A DNA stretch of 64,000 nt from an uncultured Candidatus Saccharibacteria bacterium (GCA_964567265.1 CAZMLK010000001.1:523723-587722), one strand, 5' to 3'. Positions 16,638 to 28,849 are shown, counted from the stretch's first letter. Numbers and translations are program-made. Notes: a model not told the origin generated them from the letters alone.

Positions 16638-19600
16638 TGTTTCGCCTCCGCTCCGTTTCAAGCCCAGCACCAAGTCCTTGTATGGATTATCCTCGGTCGG
16701 CTCGAGATCGAAGAAGGAAAGATCAAGTATCTCTTTCGAGACCTTCGTTACCAGCGCTTTCATCTCCTCGACTTCAGCATCACTGACCGCATAGGCCTCG
16801 CGATGATAGTTTCCTTTCTCATCCGGCTCCACGAAATCAAGTGCTCCCTCGGCCATCTTCTCCCCATGGAGCTCAAGAAGCAGCTTGTAGAAAATGAGCT
16901 GCCGATGGTAGTTCCCTTCCGATGACTTCGTCTTCCCTTCGATATGTGCGCGTGTCTTCGGCTTGCCGGTCTTGTAATCGGTGACCGAGACTGTTCCATC
17001 CGAGAGACGCTCCAAGCGGTCTATTTTCCCCCGGAGCGGCAAGGGCTCGCCGGAAAGGAACGGGAGCGGCAGCGCGGCAGAAATCGCATACTCGCTCAGA
17101 ATAGCCTCCGGATTCTTCGACTTCCAACCGTCCACATGGGCGCGGTAGTAGCCCGTGAGCGCCTTCACGCCCCGCACGTCCGCATCCACGAGCGCCGAGG
17201 CCGGCAGGTCGAGCTTCTCGAGCTCTTCCTTGAAGAGGTGGATGAATTCGGCTTCCGTCGGCATCTTTGCATTCGAATACGCGCGGAACAGCCGGTCGAG
17301 CGCTCCGTGGACCGCGGTCCCGAAGAGCTGATGGATTTCAGGATGCGCCGGAATGCGGATGAGGTTGGTATAGAAATACAGCCACGGATCACGGAGATAA
17401 TTATCGAGCGCAGTAACGGAAAGTCCCTGCTCCAGGAACAGCTGGTTCAAGTATGTCTTTTCGGTGCTGCGGAAATCGCCGCGAGCCTCTTCGGCTGGCT
17501 TCGGCGTGAGCAGGAGGAAATCGCCTGTGCCCCCTTCGATGTCCTTCCGCTTCAGGACTCCTTCGCCGATCGTCTCGATGAAACTGCTTCCGAGCACTGG
17601 CTTTCCGGTATCCGAGAGTTCCGAGTATGAGATCGTAAGCGCGCTCCGCGCGCGCGAAAGCGCGACATAGAAGAGGCGCTGCTCGTCTGATTCCTTCCCG
17701 CCCTCAGAAAGGCTCGCGCTCGCCGCCCGCCAGATGCCTGGAAAGTCGTCATGGCTCCGCGAGCCTTCCCAGACATTCTCAGTCGCGCCGACCACATACA
17801 CGCGGTTGAATTCGAGTCCTTTCGATCGGTGCGCGGTCATGAGGCGCACCCGTCCCGGCTCGACGGTGCCTGAGGATGTACCGAGCCCGAGGCCGTATTC
17901 TTCTATGAGGTGTATGCGTTCCATGAGGCCCGCATATGAGGCCTTGAGCGCGCCGAGGCCCTCTGCCGCCGTCCAGAGCGCCCGGTACTCCTCAAGCTTC
18001 TCGGAATGATCGGATGCGTCTTGAAGCACGGCCAGGAATCCCGAGGAATGCGCGATATGCTCCAGCGCCTCGAGGAGGCCCATCGTCCGCTCGCATTTCT
18101 TCCACTTGCTGAAGAGTCCCGCGATCTCAACGAACCGTGGCACCACCTCGATGCCCGCATCCGCAAGCTTCTTTTTCGATGCGGCGAGATCATACAGCGA
18201 CATCTTTTCCCGCCGACCCACATTCAGGAATTTGTAGAGATCGAGCGGGGCGAGCGCGAAAAAGGACGCATGGAGCGCTTCCGCAAAGGCGCCTTGGTCG
18301 CCATAGACGGCGAGCGCGCGAATGACGGAGATGAAATCGCGGATCAAGGGATCAGCGAGCGCATCGCTCTTCGATTCGATGCGGGAAGGAATGCCGTATT
18401 TCTCAAGGGCGCGCGCGATATCCCCGCCATCTCGGTTGCGGCGATAGAGGACCGCGATCTCATCAAGCAGTTCCCCGCGTTCCCGATCTTCGGCAATCGC
18501 CCTGCCGAGCGCGGAGAGCTCGCTCATGCGGTCGGGCGCGACCATAAGCATAGGCGCAGCTACGTCTGCGGATTTGCGTGCTGCATGAAGGGCGCCCGCA
18601 CCTTCGCCGGCATCATCTCCGCCGCCAAGGGGCGCGATCGTGTCGAGGATCGGCTGCGTTGATCGGTAGTTTTCCCGGAGCGTGATGACCGCCGCGTCCG
18701 GATACTGCTTGGTGAATGAAAGGAAGTTCTCGACCGACGCGCCCTGGAAGCGGTAGATCGCCTGGTCGGGATCGCCGACGACGAAGATGTTCGGACGATC
18801 GTGATACGACGCAAGGAGTTCCAAGAGGCGGTTCTGTGCACGGTTCGCGTCCTGATGCTCATCCGCAAGGAGGTATTGGTATTCTTCCTGGAGCTCGAGG
18901 AGGAAATCCGATTTCGTCTCAAGCGCGCGGACCGTCTCAACGATCATGTCATCAAAATCGTAGACGCGCTGCTCCTTCCGCAAGGTCTCGTAGCGCTCAT
19001 ACACGCGCGCGAGCTCGACATGCTTCTCGAGCTTCTTCTTCCGGTCGGCGAACGCACCCTTCATCTGGCCCTCATACTTCCCTTTCTGATGGAATGCCTC
19101 GGGATCCTTCTCGAGGATAGCAAGTTCCATGAGCGCCCACTTCGAAAGGGCTTCCGGCGAGACGTATTCGCGCTTGGCATCCGAGATTCCTTTCGAGATC
19201 GAGCGGAGGTGGTGCAGCGGATTGCCGAGCGGGCGGAGCATCGTCACGTACGCGCTCTCGAGCGCTTCTCGGACGAGCAAGATCTTCCCGACATCATCAA
19301 GCGCGCGCGAGCCGATGATGTCCGGGAATTCTTCCGGATACTGCTCGATGAGGTGATTGCAGAACCCATGGAAGGTGTGGATCGAGACGCGGTAGGGCGC
19401 GGTTCCGCCCATGATGCGGAGGAGACGCGAGCGCATCGAGGCGACGCCGGACTCGGTAAAGGTGAGCGCGAGGATGGAATCGGGAGTCGTATCGGTCTGC
19501 TTCAAGATGTTCGCGATGCGGAGGGTCAGCATCTGGGTCTTTCCGGTGCCCGGACCCGCGACCACCATGACCGGCCCGTCGATGGTATCGACCGCCCGCT

Positions 19601-19745
19601 TCTGCTCCGTATTCAGCTTTTTGTAGGCCTCCTCGAATGCGTCCATGGCTTCCAGTATACCTTTCTCCGACAGAGTAGACATATCTATATATAAATTGTA
19701 TGGTTTGTGGGAAACAGTACTGAGGAGAACCTTGATGCGCACCAT
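16635..19745 (-). CDS. UvrD/PcrA-family SF1 helicase fused to a C-terminal PD-(D/E)XK (RecB/AddA-type) nuclease domain
   Basis: AGPGTGKTQ Walker A, DEHQD (DExx) box and UvrD motifs through ~residue 700. The C-terminus has GKIDRLERLSDGTVSVTDYKTGKPK...YHRQLIFYKLL, a RecB-family nuclease motif III (DYKTG) and QxxxY. The start may be MSTLSEKG at 19682. Confidence 0.9.
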   Translation of the reverse strand: MVRIKVLLSTVSHKPYNLYIDMSTLSEKGILEAMDAFEEAYKKLNTEQKRAVDTIDGPVMVVAGPGTGKTQMLTLRIANILKQTDTTPDSILALTFTESGVASMRSRLLRIMGGTAPYRVSIHTFHGFCNHLIEQYPEEFPDIIGSRALDDVGKILLVREALESAYVTMLRPLGNPLHHLRSISKGISDAKREYVSPEALSKWALMELAILEKDPEAFHQKGKYEGQMKGAFADRKKKLEKHVELARVYERYETLRKEQRVYDFDDMIVETVRALETKSDFLLELQEEYQYLLADEHQDANRAQNRLLELLASYHDRPNIFVVGDPDQAIYRFQGASVENFLSFTKQYPDAAVITLRENYRSTQPILDTIAPLGGGDDAGEGAGALHAARKSADVAAPMLMVAPDRMSELSALGRAIAEDRERGELLDEIAVLYRRNRDGGDIARALEKYGIPSRIESKSDALADPLIRDFISVIRALAVYGDQGAFAEALHASFFALAPLDLYKFLNVGRREKMSLYDLAASKKKLADAGIEVVPRFVEIAGLFSKWKKCERTMGLLEALEHIAHSSGFLAVLQDASDHSEKLEEYRALWTAAEGLGALKASYAGLMERIHLIEEYGLGLGTSSGTVEPGRVRLMTAHRSKGLEFNRVYVVGATENVWEGSRSHDDFPGIWRAASASLSEGGKESDEQRLFYVALSRARSALTISYSELSDTGKPVLGSSFIETIGEGVLKRKDIEGGTGDFLLLTPKPAEEARGDFRSTEKTYLNQLFLEQGLSVTALDNYLRDPWLYFYTNLIRIPAHPEIHQLFGTAVHGALDRLFRAYSNAKMPTEAEFIHLFKEELEKLDLPASALVDADVRGVKALTGYYRAHVDGWKSKNPEAILSEYAISAALPLPFLSGEPLPLRGKIDRLERLSDGTVSVTDYKTGKPKTRAHIEGKTKSSEGNYHRQLIFYKLLLELHGEKMAEGALDFVEPDEKGNYHREAYAVSDAEVEEMKALVTKVSKEILDLSFFDLEPTEDNPYKDLVLGLKRSGGET

Positions 19746-20126
19746 TGCGTGCCCACTGACCCTGGATCCCGTTCGTAGAGAGCCCTATCTACACGATCGT
19801 GGATTGCGCTGCGAGGATGTACCGACAGGCGAAGTACTTCCGGAGCATCTTCGCGAAGCGTACGTGTCGCTTGATATTCTTGGATTCTATGAGGCTCAAG
19901 GAATCCCTGTAGTCGATGAGTATTGCGGGAGTCCTATAGAATTTTCAGCGAGATCATGCGGATTCTGAATATCACGTGGGATGAGCTCGAGTACTACGGC
20001 GCTGCACTCGCGGTTCGGCAAGAGTGGGAATTAGTGCTTGTCATGCCTGTACACCAGCTTCAGGTGCTGTATGCGGTTCAAATATTCCCGCACTCATCGT
20101 CATCTGTATCGGTGACTCGGCACTAA
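19735..20126 (+). CDS. Two short overlapping hypothetical ORFs (19735..19968 and 19923..20126) in a lower-GC spacer; coding status uncertain
   Basis: ORF track only. A terminator at 20155-20185 follows on the same strand, so something is transcribed here. Confidence 0.2.
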
Positions 20127-20154
20127 CGCTCTTCGAAGGACTTGGAAACTGACG

Positions 20155-20185
20155 AAGCGGCCCCCATGAAGGGCCGCTTTTTTTG
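20155..20185 (+). terminator. Intrinsic terminator (AAGCGGCCC-ccatgaa-GGGCCGCTT, then TTTTTTT)
   Basis: 9 bp stem plus T7. Confidence 0.7.
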
Positions 20186-20306
20186 TTACAACCAATACTT
20201 CTATATGTAGCAACCGGGGGTTGCATGCACATAGGGGCGGCGTTAGAGTAAGGCACGCAGTCCCTGCGTTTTTTATTTTACGGTCCTTACCACATAATCC
20301 AACCCC

Positions 20307-22391
20307 ATGTTTCCTCTCGGCTCATTGTTTGCGGCGTTCGCATTTCTGGTCATCGCGAGCTTGATTGCATTTGTATCGAAACGGGTCGGGCTTCCCTACA
20401 CGGCGCTTCTTGCGTTTGTGGGAGCGCTCTTGGCTCCTGTCACCATCTTCGTCCCTGCGCTCGACTTTATGCGGGATCTCGCGCTCACCCCAGAGCTCCT
20501 TTTCTACGTCTTCCTCCCCACTCTTATTTTTGAATCCGCCTACAATATCAATATCCGCCGCTTCCTCGACGATATCTGGTCCATATCTCTTCTCTCGGTC
20601 ATATCGCTCCTCATATCCTCCTTCCTGATCGCCGGAGGCATGTTCTTCCTCCTCGGCTGGATCGGCTTTCCGATTCCGTTCATGGTCGCGCTCATCTTCG
20701 GCTCGCTTATTTCGGCAACCGACCCGGTCGCAGTACTCGCGCTCTTCAAAGAATACGGCGCGCCCCGTCGTTTGTCTCTGATATTCGAGGGCGAGTCGCT
20801 CTTCAACGACGGGACCGCAGTTGCCTTCTTCCTTATCGTCCTTGGAATCGCGCTCAATGGATACCATGGATTTACAACCCTTGGTGAAGGTCTCCTCGGA
20901 TTCCTCGTCATGGTCGGCGGCGGAATCGTGATCGGGCTCCTTTTTGGCGGTGCCTTCGCACACGCGGTCGGATGGGCAAAATCAAATGAATCCGTATCGA
21001 TTACGCTCACGCTGGTCCTAGCGCACCTTACCTTCATCCTGACCGATGTCCTTTCGCAAACGCTCGCGTTTGGCGGACACTCGATCCATCTCTCTGCCAT
21101 CATCGCGACCACCGTTGCCTCGATGGTCATGGGCAACTACGGGCGGTACAAGATTTCCCCGCGCGCCGAGGAGTTCATTGAGAAATTCTGGGGCCAGCTG
21201 GCGTTCATCGCGAATTCTCTTGTGTTTGTGCTCATCGGATTCCTGTTCGTCCAAGTCCCCGCGACGACCCCCTCGTTCATCGTTCCTATTCTGTTATCCA
21301 TAGTCATCGTCGCCGCAAGCCGCGCACTCTCGATCTATCCGGTCATTTCTGGCCTCAATCTCTTCGCAAGCGTTGAAAAGCAGATTCCGCTTTCCTGGCA
21401 GCACCTTCTTTCGTGGGGCTCTCTCCGCGGTGCACTCGCCGTCACCATGGTCCTTCTTATCCCTGATACGCTCACATTTCCAGGGTGGTCATATGCCTTC
21501 ACTGCAAAGGAATTTATCCTCGCGGTTACGGTTGGCTGTGTCTTCACCACACTGTTCCTGAAGGCTCCGACCATCGGCCCACTCATGCGCCGCATGAAGA
21601 TCGATGCACTGACCCCGCTCGAGGCGCTTGAATACGAGGAAGCGCGAGCGCTTGTCGAGAGTGCGGTACTCACGCGCCTCGATGATTTCTCCGCTAAAGG
21701 ATACATTGACGCCAATATCTACGAAAAGCTGCGGAAGGAGCACGAGGTCCGGTATAACGACGCATGCCGGGGATGCGCAGACGAAACTGGTGAGCTCGCG
21801 CTCCGGGCGCTCCGCATCCATGCGATTGGTATCGAGCGCCACTACCTGAAGGATCTCTACGTGTACGGCGAAGTAAGTGAAAATGTGGTTCGTCGAATCA
21901 TGTCCAAACTGGAGCTCCAACTCGAGCGCGTGGAACATGGGATTCTTTCCGGGCCTGATTTCCATGTGTCGGCAGAACACGACATCTTCGAGCGGTTATT
22001 TGGAGGAATTCGTGAAATACTCCGACCGCAAACGCTCGCTGCCAAAGCAGCTGAGGATTATGGATACTACCGGGCACAATCAATCATTGCGCGTAAAGTC
22101 GTCAAGGAACTGACCCAAACGAACCCGGACGGCAAGAGTCCAATCTTCTCCGCACGTGCACTCGAGCGCATTATCGAAATCTATCAGATCTTCCGCGACG
22201 GCTCAGAAAAGAAATTACAGTCGATCGCAGCAGCCCATCCAGAAATAGCGTCGGAAACCAATACCCTTCTGGCACGCCGCGGCCTGTTCAAAGTCGAGGA
22301 GGCCGTACTTGGAGATCTCTTCCGGAAGGAGCTGATTACACCAAAAATCTACATCAGCCTGCGAGATCAGTTTGAGGAGGAGGTGAAATAA
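20307..22391 (+). CDS. Monovalent cation:proton antiporter (CPA1/NhaP type) with a C-terminal cytoplasmic regulatory domain
   Basis: About 12 TM helices including the CPA1 motifs (FESAYNINIRRF-like, TDPVAVLALFKE). The ~270 aa soluble C-terminal extension is as in NhaP2-type exchangers. Confidence 0.9.
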   Translation: MFPLGSLFAAFAFLVIASLIAFVSKRVGLPYTALLAFVGALLAPVTIFVPALDFMRDLALTPELLFYVFLPTLIFESAYNINIRRFLDDIWSISLLSVISLLISSFLIAGGMFFLLGWIGFPIPFMVALIFGSLISATDPVAVLALFKEYGAPRRLSLIFEGESLFNDGTAVAFFLIVLGIALNGYHGFTTLGEGLLGFLVMVGGGIVIGLLFGGAFAHAVGWAKSNESVSITLTLVLAHLTFILTDVLSQTLAFGGHSIHLSAIIATTVASMVMGNYGRYKISPRAEEFIEKFWGQLAFIANSLVFVLIGFLFVQVPATTPSFIVPILLSIVIVAASRALSIYPVISGLNLFASVEKQIPLSWQHLLSWGSLRGALAVTMVLLIPDTLTFPGWSYAFTAKEFILAVTVGCVFTTLFLKAPTIGPLMRRMKIDALTPLEALEYEEARALVESAVLTRLDDFSAKGYIDANIYEKLRKEHEVRYNDACRGCADETGELALRALRIHAIGIERHYLKDLYVYGEVSENVVRRIMSKLELQLERVEHGILSGPDFHVSAEHDIFERLFGGIREILRPQTLAAKAAEDYGYYRAQSIIARKVVKELTQTNPDGKSPIFSARALERIIEIYQIFRDGSEKKLQSIAAAHPEIASETNTLLARRGLFKVEEAVLGDLFRKELITPKIYISLRDQFEEEVK

Positions 22392-22407
22392 CATACAGTC
22401 AGTAGTC

Positions 22408-22442
22408 AAAAAGCCCGGCCCCTAAAAGGGGCCGGGCTTTTT
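22408..22442. terminator. Bidirectional intrinsic terminator (AAAAAGCCCGGCCCC-taaaa-GGGGCCGGGCTTTTT)
   Basis: 10 bp GC stem flanked by A5 and T5, between convergent genes. Confidence 0.8.
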
Positions 22443-22452
22443 GAAATCCCTA

Positions 22453-23466
22453 CTATGCTCGCACCTCCCGCACATTCACCACGCGCGCCTCGTCTCCGTT
22501 CGGAACCGCGATCCGGTCATGGTCGAACGAGTCGACGTATCCGATCGTGAATGCGTAATGCTTGCCCCCGATCTCAAGGGTTCCCTCTTTCCGCTCCTCG
22601 TCTCCTTTCGCGAACTGATTGAAGGCGCGCACGCCCATCCGGATCCGATTTTCCATGGTCGCGTCAGCTCCGGAAAGGATAGCGGGGTCGATCCTGAACT
22701 CACCTCCTCGTCCGGTCAAGCGGAAGAGATCATTTCTCGCCGCAAGTTTTTCTACGGGAGTGTTTGCGCTTTTGAGAAGGATTTCTGAGATTTCATTGAA
22801 TGCCGCATCGGGTTTGCTGAAGAGGAACTGGATCGCCTTGGCGTATGCATCTGCGCGATTTGCACCAGCTTCCACGATTTGATAGAGCTGGCTTTCGCGA
22901 CGCTCATCAGCGCTCGGCATGCCGGTCGAGACCACTACAGACTCGGGGCGAACAATGGATACGGGCGGAGCCGACTGCGGAACCGGAGCGGCAGGAACTT
23001 CTTTGGGAGCGACTTCGATACGAACCATCGGGCCTCCGGGAAATGCACGTCCAACAATGTACTGCTTTTCAAGCACGGGAGGAGCGGTCGCGACGGGTGC
23101 GGCCTCAACGGCTGGAACGGGAGGAATTACCGCAACGGCTTCGGGAGATGGAACAGGGGCTCTAGGAGTCGCGACCTCTAGAGGTGCGGCAGCTGCGTAC
23201 ACGGGGTTTGGATTTCCCCACTGCTTCCATCCTTCGTGGATGAGCCCTGCGTCCGTCTGAGGCACTTCGCCGACCGCCTGAGCTGGTGTTGGCTCCGATT
23301 CCCACGCTTTCGCGCCCGCACTAATCGCACTGCCTTCAGTCGCAAAATCGCCCGCCTCGTTCAGGAACTTGGGTCCTGGCGCCGCAGCTGGAGCTGAGAC
23401 AACCTCGAGCCTGATTCTGTCATTATCATTTGCAGGCTCGATTCCCGGTGCACGTTCAGCGCTCAT
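22453..23466 (-). CDS. Hypothetical protein with a long Pro/Ala/Val-rich low-complexity N-terminal half and a globular C-terminal domain
   Basis: 337 aa. No signal peptide and no recognisable family. Confidence 0.45.
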   Translation of the reverse strand: MSAERAPGIEPANDNDRIRLEVVSAPAAAPGPKFLNEAGDFATEGSAISAGAKAWESEPTPAQAVGEVPQTDAGLIHEGWKQWGNPNPVYAAAAPLEVATPRAPVPSPEAVAVIPPVPAVEAAPVATAPPVLEKQYIVGRAFPGGPMVRIEVAPKEVPAAPVPQSAPPVSIVRPESVVVSTGMPSADERRESQLYQIVEAGANRADAYAKAIQFLFSKPDAAFNEISEILLKSANTPVEKLAARNDLFRLTGRGGEFRIDPAILSGADATMENRIRMGVRAFNQFAKGDEERKEGTLEIGGKHYAFTIGYVDSFDHDRIAVPNGDEARVVNVREVRA

Positions 23467-23544
23467 AGGTCAGTTCTTCGAATTATATAAACTATTGTCG
23501 ATATTCTAGCATCGAAATGGCGACGGAAGAACCAGGATGCTAGC

Positions 23545-24918
23545 ATGGTCTGCATGGCCACCGGCCCCGACACCAACCTCCGCAACCGGATTATCGGCCC
23601 CACACTCCTTGTCGCGTTTGCGTGGCTCCTCTACGCGCTTGGCGTCGCCTGGCGATTTTGGTACATACTTTTCGACCATCGTGCTACGAATTTTATCTTC
23701 AGCGATATGCAGAATTATGCAGTCGTGGGAATGAAGATGTTCAACGGCACACCTCTTTCTATCTCAGATACGATCTGGTCGCCCGGCGCATCGCTGTTAT
23801 TCGGGTACTTCGGGACGCTGTCTCCCGCATTTTCAGCGACGATGGCAGTGCAGTTCTTCATCTCCGCGGCAGTCCCGGTCCTCCTCTTCCTTCTCACCCG
23901 CAAGATCTACGGACGCCCGGAAGCGTATCTTGCCCTCGTCTTCGCAACCGCCTACTTCCCATTCGTCGAATTCTCTGCGTACTTCCTTTCCGAGATCCCA
24001 TTCCTTGCCGTCATACTCCTCGCACTTCTCGCGCTCGTCAACGGGCTCGAGACCCCGCTCCACTGGAAGATGCCATTCTTCGGGTTCGCAGCAGGTCTCC
24101 TCCTTGGCATCGCGGTGGCATTCCGGAGCATCGCCCTTGTCCCGGGCGCGTTCGCGCTCATCGCGCTCCTCATGTTCTTCCCTGGCGCGTATGGATGGAC
24201 GCGTATCCGGAGACTGCTCCTCTTCGGCACGGGAGGATTCGGGCTCGCGATGCTTCCGCTCATGTTCTGGTGTTCTAGCATTGCAGGATTCTTCTGCATC
24301 GGCTCTACGAACGCGGCGCTCACCACGCTCCAGGGTCATTGGTATCCGGGAATCTCCAATTTCTATTTCCATGACCTCAAACGCGGCCATGAGCTTGGAT
24401 TCGGGCCGCCAACGCTCCACGAACGCGGGATCGAAGGCAACCTGAACTTGTATTTCGGCCCGTATGACCAGCCGCGCGTACTCCTGCTCATCCATGATTT
24501 CATCATCGAGCACCCGCGGCTGGCATTCAGCCAGTCGGTCCGGAACGTCAAGGATCTCTACTGGGGCACGGTTCCGTGGCCGTCGTGCTGCAATGCCGCA
24601 CGGAGGATGATGGCCTTCTCGCAGTGGGCATGGCTTCTCCTCCTGGTCATCCCGACGCTCGCGGTCATCGGACGGGTTCCGAAAGGTGACCAGCGCGAGA
24701 ATCGATATCTCCTGCTCCTCATTGCGCCGATCATCGGCATCACGATCGCGGCATTCCTGACGCTCGGCGATCCGCGGTACCGCATCCCCTTCGACTTCAT
24801 CTTCATGATCATCGCGGCGCATGGCTATGTTCTCGCGTTCGAGCACCTCAGGCACTCTTTCCAAACGCAAAAGAGCCGGCGCGTACGCGCCGGCTCTTCA
24901 GGAGTCATTCCAAATTAA
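23545..24918 (+). CDS. GT-C fold polytopic membrane glycosyltransferase (ArnT / PMT / YkcB-like, probably polyprenyl-phosphate-sugar dependent)
   Basis: 457 aa with about 11 TM helices. The N-terminal loop between TM1 and TM2 and the overall topology resemble GT-C enzymes. No exact motif could be confirmed by eye. Confidence 0.6.
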   Translation: MVCMATGPDTNLRNRIIGPTLLVAFAWLLYALGVAWRFWYILFDHRATNFIFSDMQNYAVVGMKMFNGTPLSISDTIWSPGASLLFGYFGTLSPAFSATMAVQFFISAAVPVLLFLLTRKIYGRPEAYLALVFATAYFPFVEFSAYFLSEIPFLAVILLALLALVNGLETPLHWKMPFFGFAAGLLLGIAVAFRSIALVPGAFALIALLMFFPGAYGWTRIRRLLLFGTGGFGLAMLPLMFWCSSIAGFFCIGSTNAALTTLQGHWYPGISNFYFHDLKRGHELGFGPPTLHERGIEGNLNLYFGPYDQPRVLLLIHDFIIEHPRLAFSQSVRNVKDLYWGTVPWPSCCNAARRMMAFSQWAWLLLLVIPTLAVIGRVPKGDQRENRYLLLLIAPIIGITIAAFLTLGDPRYRIPFDFIFMIIAAHGYVLAFEHLRHSFQTQKSRRVRAGSSGVIPN

Positions 24919-25334
24919 ACTGCAAGCTTTTCGATCTCCGAGGCGACCCACTTCCCCTCAGCATCGGGAGCGACCCACAGGCCGAGGACGGTGGTCCCTT
25001 CGGGCAATTCCCACTTGGAGACCATGGCGACGTCATCCTTGATCTCCTTCGCATGCTCCTCCGGCGAAACAGGGTTGCCTGCGCAATCCTCATGCCCGGC
25101 GACCGCGACGATCCGCGAGCCATGATGTCCGACTGAAATGGAAACGACGCGGCGCTTGAACTCATCGAGTGTCGAGGAGTCGCAGGAGCCGCAGACCAAG
25201 TCCATGCCAGGCGCCGTGATCATGTCCGGATAATCGACGCTGTATTCATTCTTCAAAAAAGAAGCGATGGCGACCACTGACCGCCCATCCATGCATCCGA
25301 GCACCGTTGCAAACCTTCCCTGTGATTCAGACAT
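24915..25334 (-). CDS. Small beta-carbonic-anhydrase-like protein (CxDxR and HxxC motifs)
   Basis: 139 aa. VLGCMDGR (CxDxR) and VAGHEDCAG (HxxCxG) mirror the two zinc-ligand motifs of beta-CAs, but the protein is shorter than canonical enzymes. Confidence 0.4.
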   Translation of the reverse strand: MSESQGRFATVLGCMDGRSVVAIASFLKNEYSVDYPDMITAPGMDLVCGSCDSSTLDEFKRRVVSISVGHHGSRIVAVAGHEDCAGNPVSPEEHAKEIKDDVAMVSKWELPEGTTVLGLWVAPDAEGKWVASEIEKLAV

Positions 25335-25343
25335 ACCTACGGA

Positions 25344-26636
<1,293 letters not shown>

Positions 26637-26752
26637 AGGGTGCTGATATAAAAAACTATAAGAGAAACGTGTGGGATATGGGACCTGGTATGCCCTGCCA
26701 CATGTACGAAAACCCTCCTTGACAAGGGTTTCATAACTTATGAAAGACAATA

Positions 26753-28483
26753 CTACACTTTTGAGCCCTTCGCAAGACGTTTGGAGAGCTCCTGCTGCTC
26801 GCGAAGCAAGGTTTCCACCTCGCTATGCTTCCCGAGCATCTCGGCGTCCCGCACCTGCTGTTCGATGCGACGAAGCTGGTCGCGGACAATTTCACCGGAG
26901 AGCCGGTCCAGCGCATGCTCGATAAGATCCTCAGGGTGGGAATCCGCGAGTACCTGCTCGGCTTCAAAGAGCGATTCCTGATCCTCGGCACGGAGCGCGA
27001 TCAGGTTGGCAACCGCTTCATCGCCGACGATGTCGCCGAAGCGAGTCGTCACGAGCTCCCGGTCGAATGCCGGCGTCGTCTTCGGTGCTTCGAGATACAG
27101 CATCGCGGCAATGAGCCGCTCCAACTTCTCGCGCTGGCTCTGGGCAGGACGAAGCGGGACGGACGCCGATTCTTCCTTCGGCATTTCCGGAAGCGCAGTC
27201 GCGGAAATCTTGGAGAGCTCATCCCATACGGCCTCCTCGCGGATGCCGAGGAAACCGGCGACCTTCGAGACGAAATGCGCCTGGTCGATCGCGCTCTGGA
27301 TGTTCTTGATGAACGGAAGGACCGCCTCGCGGACACGGAGCTCGCGCGTCCGAGCATCCAGCCCCTGTTCAGCGAGAAGCGCCAACTGGAAATCAACCAC
27401 ATGCTTCGACTCGCGGACTGCTTGCTTCCAGAGGTTCGGATCTTCCTTTACGGCATCCGCGGGATCTTTCCCCGAGGGCACGCGTGCGATCTTCACATCC
27501 ATGCCGCGGCGGAGCGCGAGCGCAGTCCCGCGCATCGCGGAGGCGACACCAGCGCTGTCCGCATCGAATGCCATCACGATATTGTTCGAGATCCGGGAAA
27601 GGAGCGTGAGGTGGTCGTCCGTGAGACCAGTGCCGCTTGCGGCAACCGTGTTCGGGAATCCGCCCTGATGCGACATCACGAGATCCATCTGGCCTTCAAC
27701 AAGAATCGAGAAGTTGTATTTCCGGATCGCGCTCTTCGCCCTCGTGTAGCCGTAGAGGATCTTCCCTTTTTCAAAGAGCTCCGTCTCAGGGCTGTTGAGA
27801 TACTTCGGCGCCTTGCCGCTTCCGTCGTCTGGAAACAGACGACCAGAGAATGCGACGACACGCTCGCTGGTATCTGTAATCGGGAAGAGAATACGGCCGC
27901 GGAAGCGATCGTATGGCTCCTTCCCTTTTCCTTCAGCATCCGGCTTCTTCGTGAGGCCGCCGCGCAGCATCTCGTCGTCGGTGAAGCCAAGTTTCTGGAG
28001 GTGGGTGCGCATCGGACGCCAGTCGCTCGGCGCATAGCCAACCCGCCACTCATGGATGGTCTTCGTGAGTAACCCGCGGCCGTTCAGATATTTCTCCGCC
28101 TCCGGATATTTTACAAACTCCTCCTCAAAATATTTCGCGGCAGCTTCCATGACCTCATGCAGGCGATCAGCGCGCTTCCGCGCTTCGGGATTCTCCTGCG
28201 TCAATTTCACACCCGCCTTGTCGGCAAGGATCTTGAGCGCGCCGCGGAAATCCACGCCCTCCATTTCCTGGATGAAGCTGAACGCGTCGCCGCCTTTCTG
28301 GGTCGAGAAGCAGTAGTACGAATTCCGCTCCGGAGAGACCATGAAGGACGGCGTCCGCTCCTTCTTGAAGGGCGAGAGGCCCTTGTAGTTCTTGCCGGCC
28401 TTGGTCAGCTTCACATACTGCGAAACCACCTCAACGATATTGAGCCGGTCCTTGATCTCTTGCACCTGGGAGTTTCCTGCCAT
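26753..28483 (-). CDS. dnaG: DNA primase
   Basis: CHC2 zinc finger ([15 protein letters not shown]) and TOPRIM ([15 protein letters not shown]). Classical dnaG-rpoD adjacency. Confidence 0.95.
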   Translation of the reverse strand: MAGNSQVQEIKDRLNIVEVVSQYVKLTKAGKNYKGLSPFKKERTPSFMVSPERNSYYCFSTQKGGDAFSFIQEMEGVDFRGALKILADKAGVKLTQENPEARKRADRLHEVMEAAAKYFEEEFVKYPEAEKYLNGRGLLTKTIHEWRVGYAPSDWRPMRTHLQKLGFTDDEMLRGGLTKKPDAEGKGKEPYDRFRGRILFPITDTSERVVAFSGRLFPDDGSGKAPKYLNSPETELFEKGKILYGYTRAKSAIRKYNFSILVEGQMDLVMSHQGGFPNTVAASGTGLTDDHLTLLSRISNNIVMAFDADSAGVASAMRGTALALRRGMDVKIARVPSGKDPADAVKEDPNLWKQAVRESKHVVDFQLALLAEQGLDARTRELRVREAVLPFIKNIQSAIDQAHFVSKVAGFLGIREEAVWDELSKISATALPEMPKEESASVPLRPAQSQREKLERLIAAMLYLEAPKTTPAFDRELVTTRFGDIVGDEAVANLIALRAEDQESLFEAEQVLADSHPEDLIEHALDRLSGEIVRDQLRRIEQQVRDAEMLGKHSEVETLLREQQELSKRLAKGSKV

Positions 28484-28526
28484 CTGGCAATTATATCACC
28501 TCTACTCCATTGGGTTGTTTGGCCTA

Positions 28527-28556
28527 TTGACATTAATTTATATATATGTTTATATA
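28527..28556 (+). promoter_or_regulatory. Sigma-70-like promoter (TTGACA, 17 nt, TTATAT/TATATA) for the small gene at 28587
   Basis: Consensus -35 hexamer in an AT-rich patch. AGGAGA RBS sits 5 nt before the ATG. Confidence 0.45.
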
Positions 28557-28586
28557 TGATTCGTAACTTCTAGACAGGAGAGCGAG

Positions 28587-28829
28587 ATGGCGAAGTATCT
28601 GGACCCCGCTAAGGTAAGGAAGTATGGTCGCTGCATCACCGGGGATCATGAGCTTCGTAAGGGGGGTGAGGAGATTGCGGTAACCCTCTACAATAACGGC
28701 GTCTTCGATGTCGTTCCGTACGATGACCCCGATTACGTGGAGAATCAGTACAGGGCTGGCATGTTCATTACCAAGCAACTCTATGCATTCCCTCTCAGCC
28801 AAGTTGCTTCATCCTTGCAGGTCGGCTAG
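28587..28829 (+). CDS. Small hypothetical protein (80 aa) with its own promoter, RBS and terminator
   Basis: ORF plus flanking signals. No recognisable family. Confidence 0.5.
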   Translation: MAKYLDPAKVRKYGRCITGDHELRKGGEEIAVTLYNNGVFDVVPYDDPDYVENQYRAGMFITKQLYAFPLSQVASSLQVG

Positions 28830-28849
28830 GCACAAGCCTTTGCCCTGCC

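Noticed and set aside
24915-25334. Confident annotation as beta-carbonic anhydrase
   Set aside because: Only the two short zinc-ligand motifs match and the protein is much shorter than known beta-CAs. It is kept as 'beta-CA-like' at low confidence.
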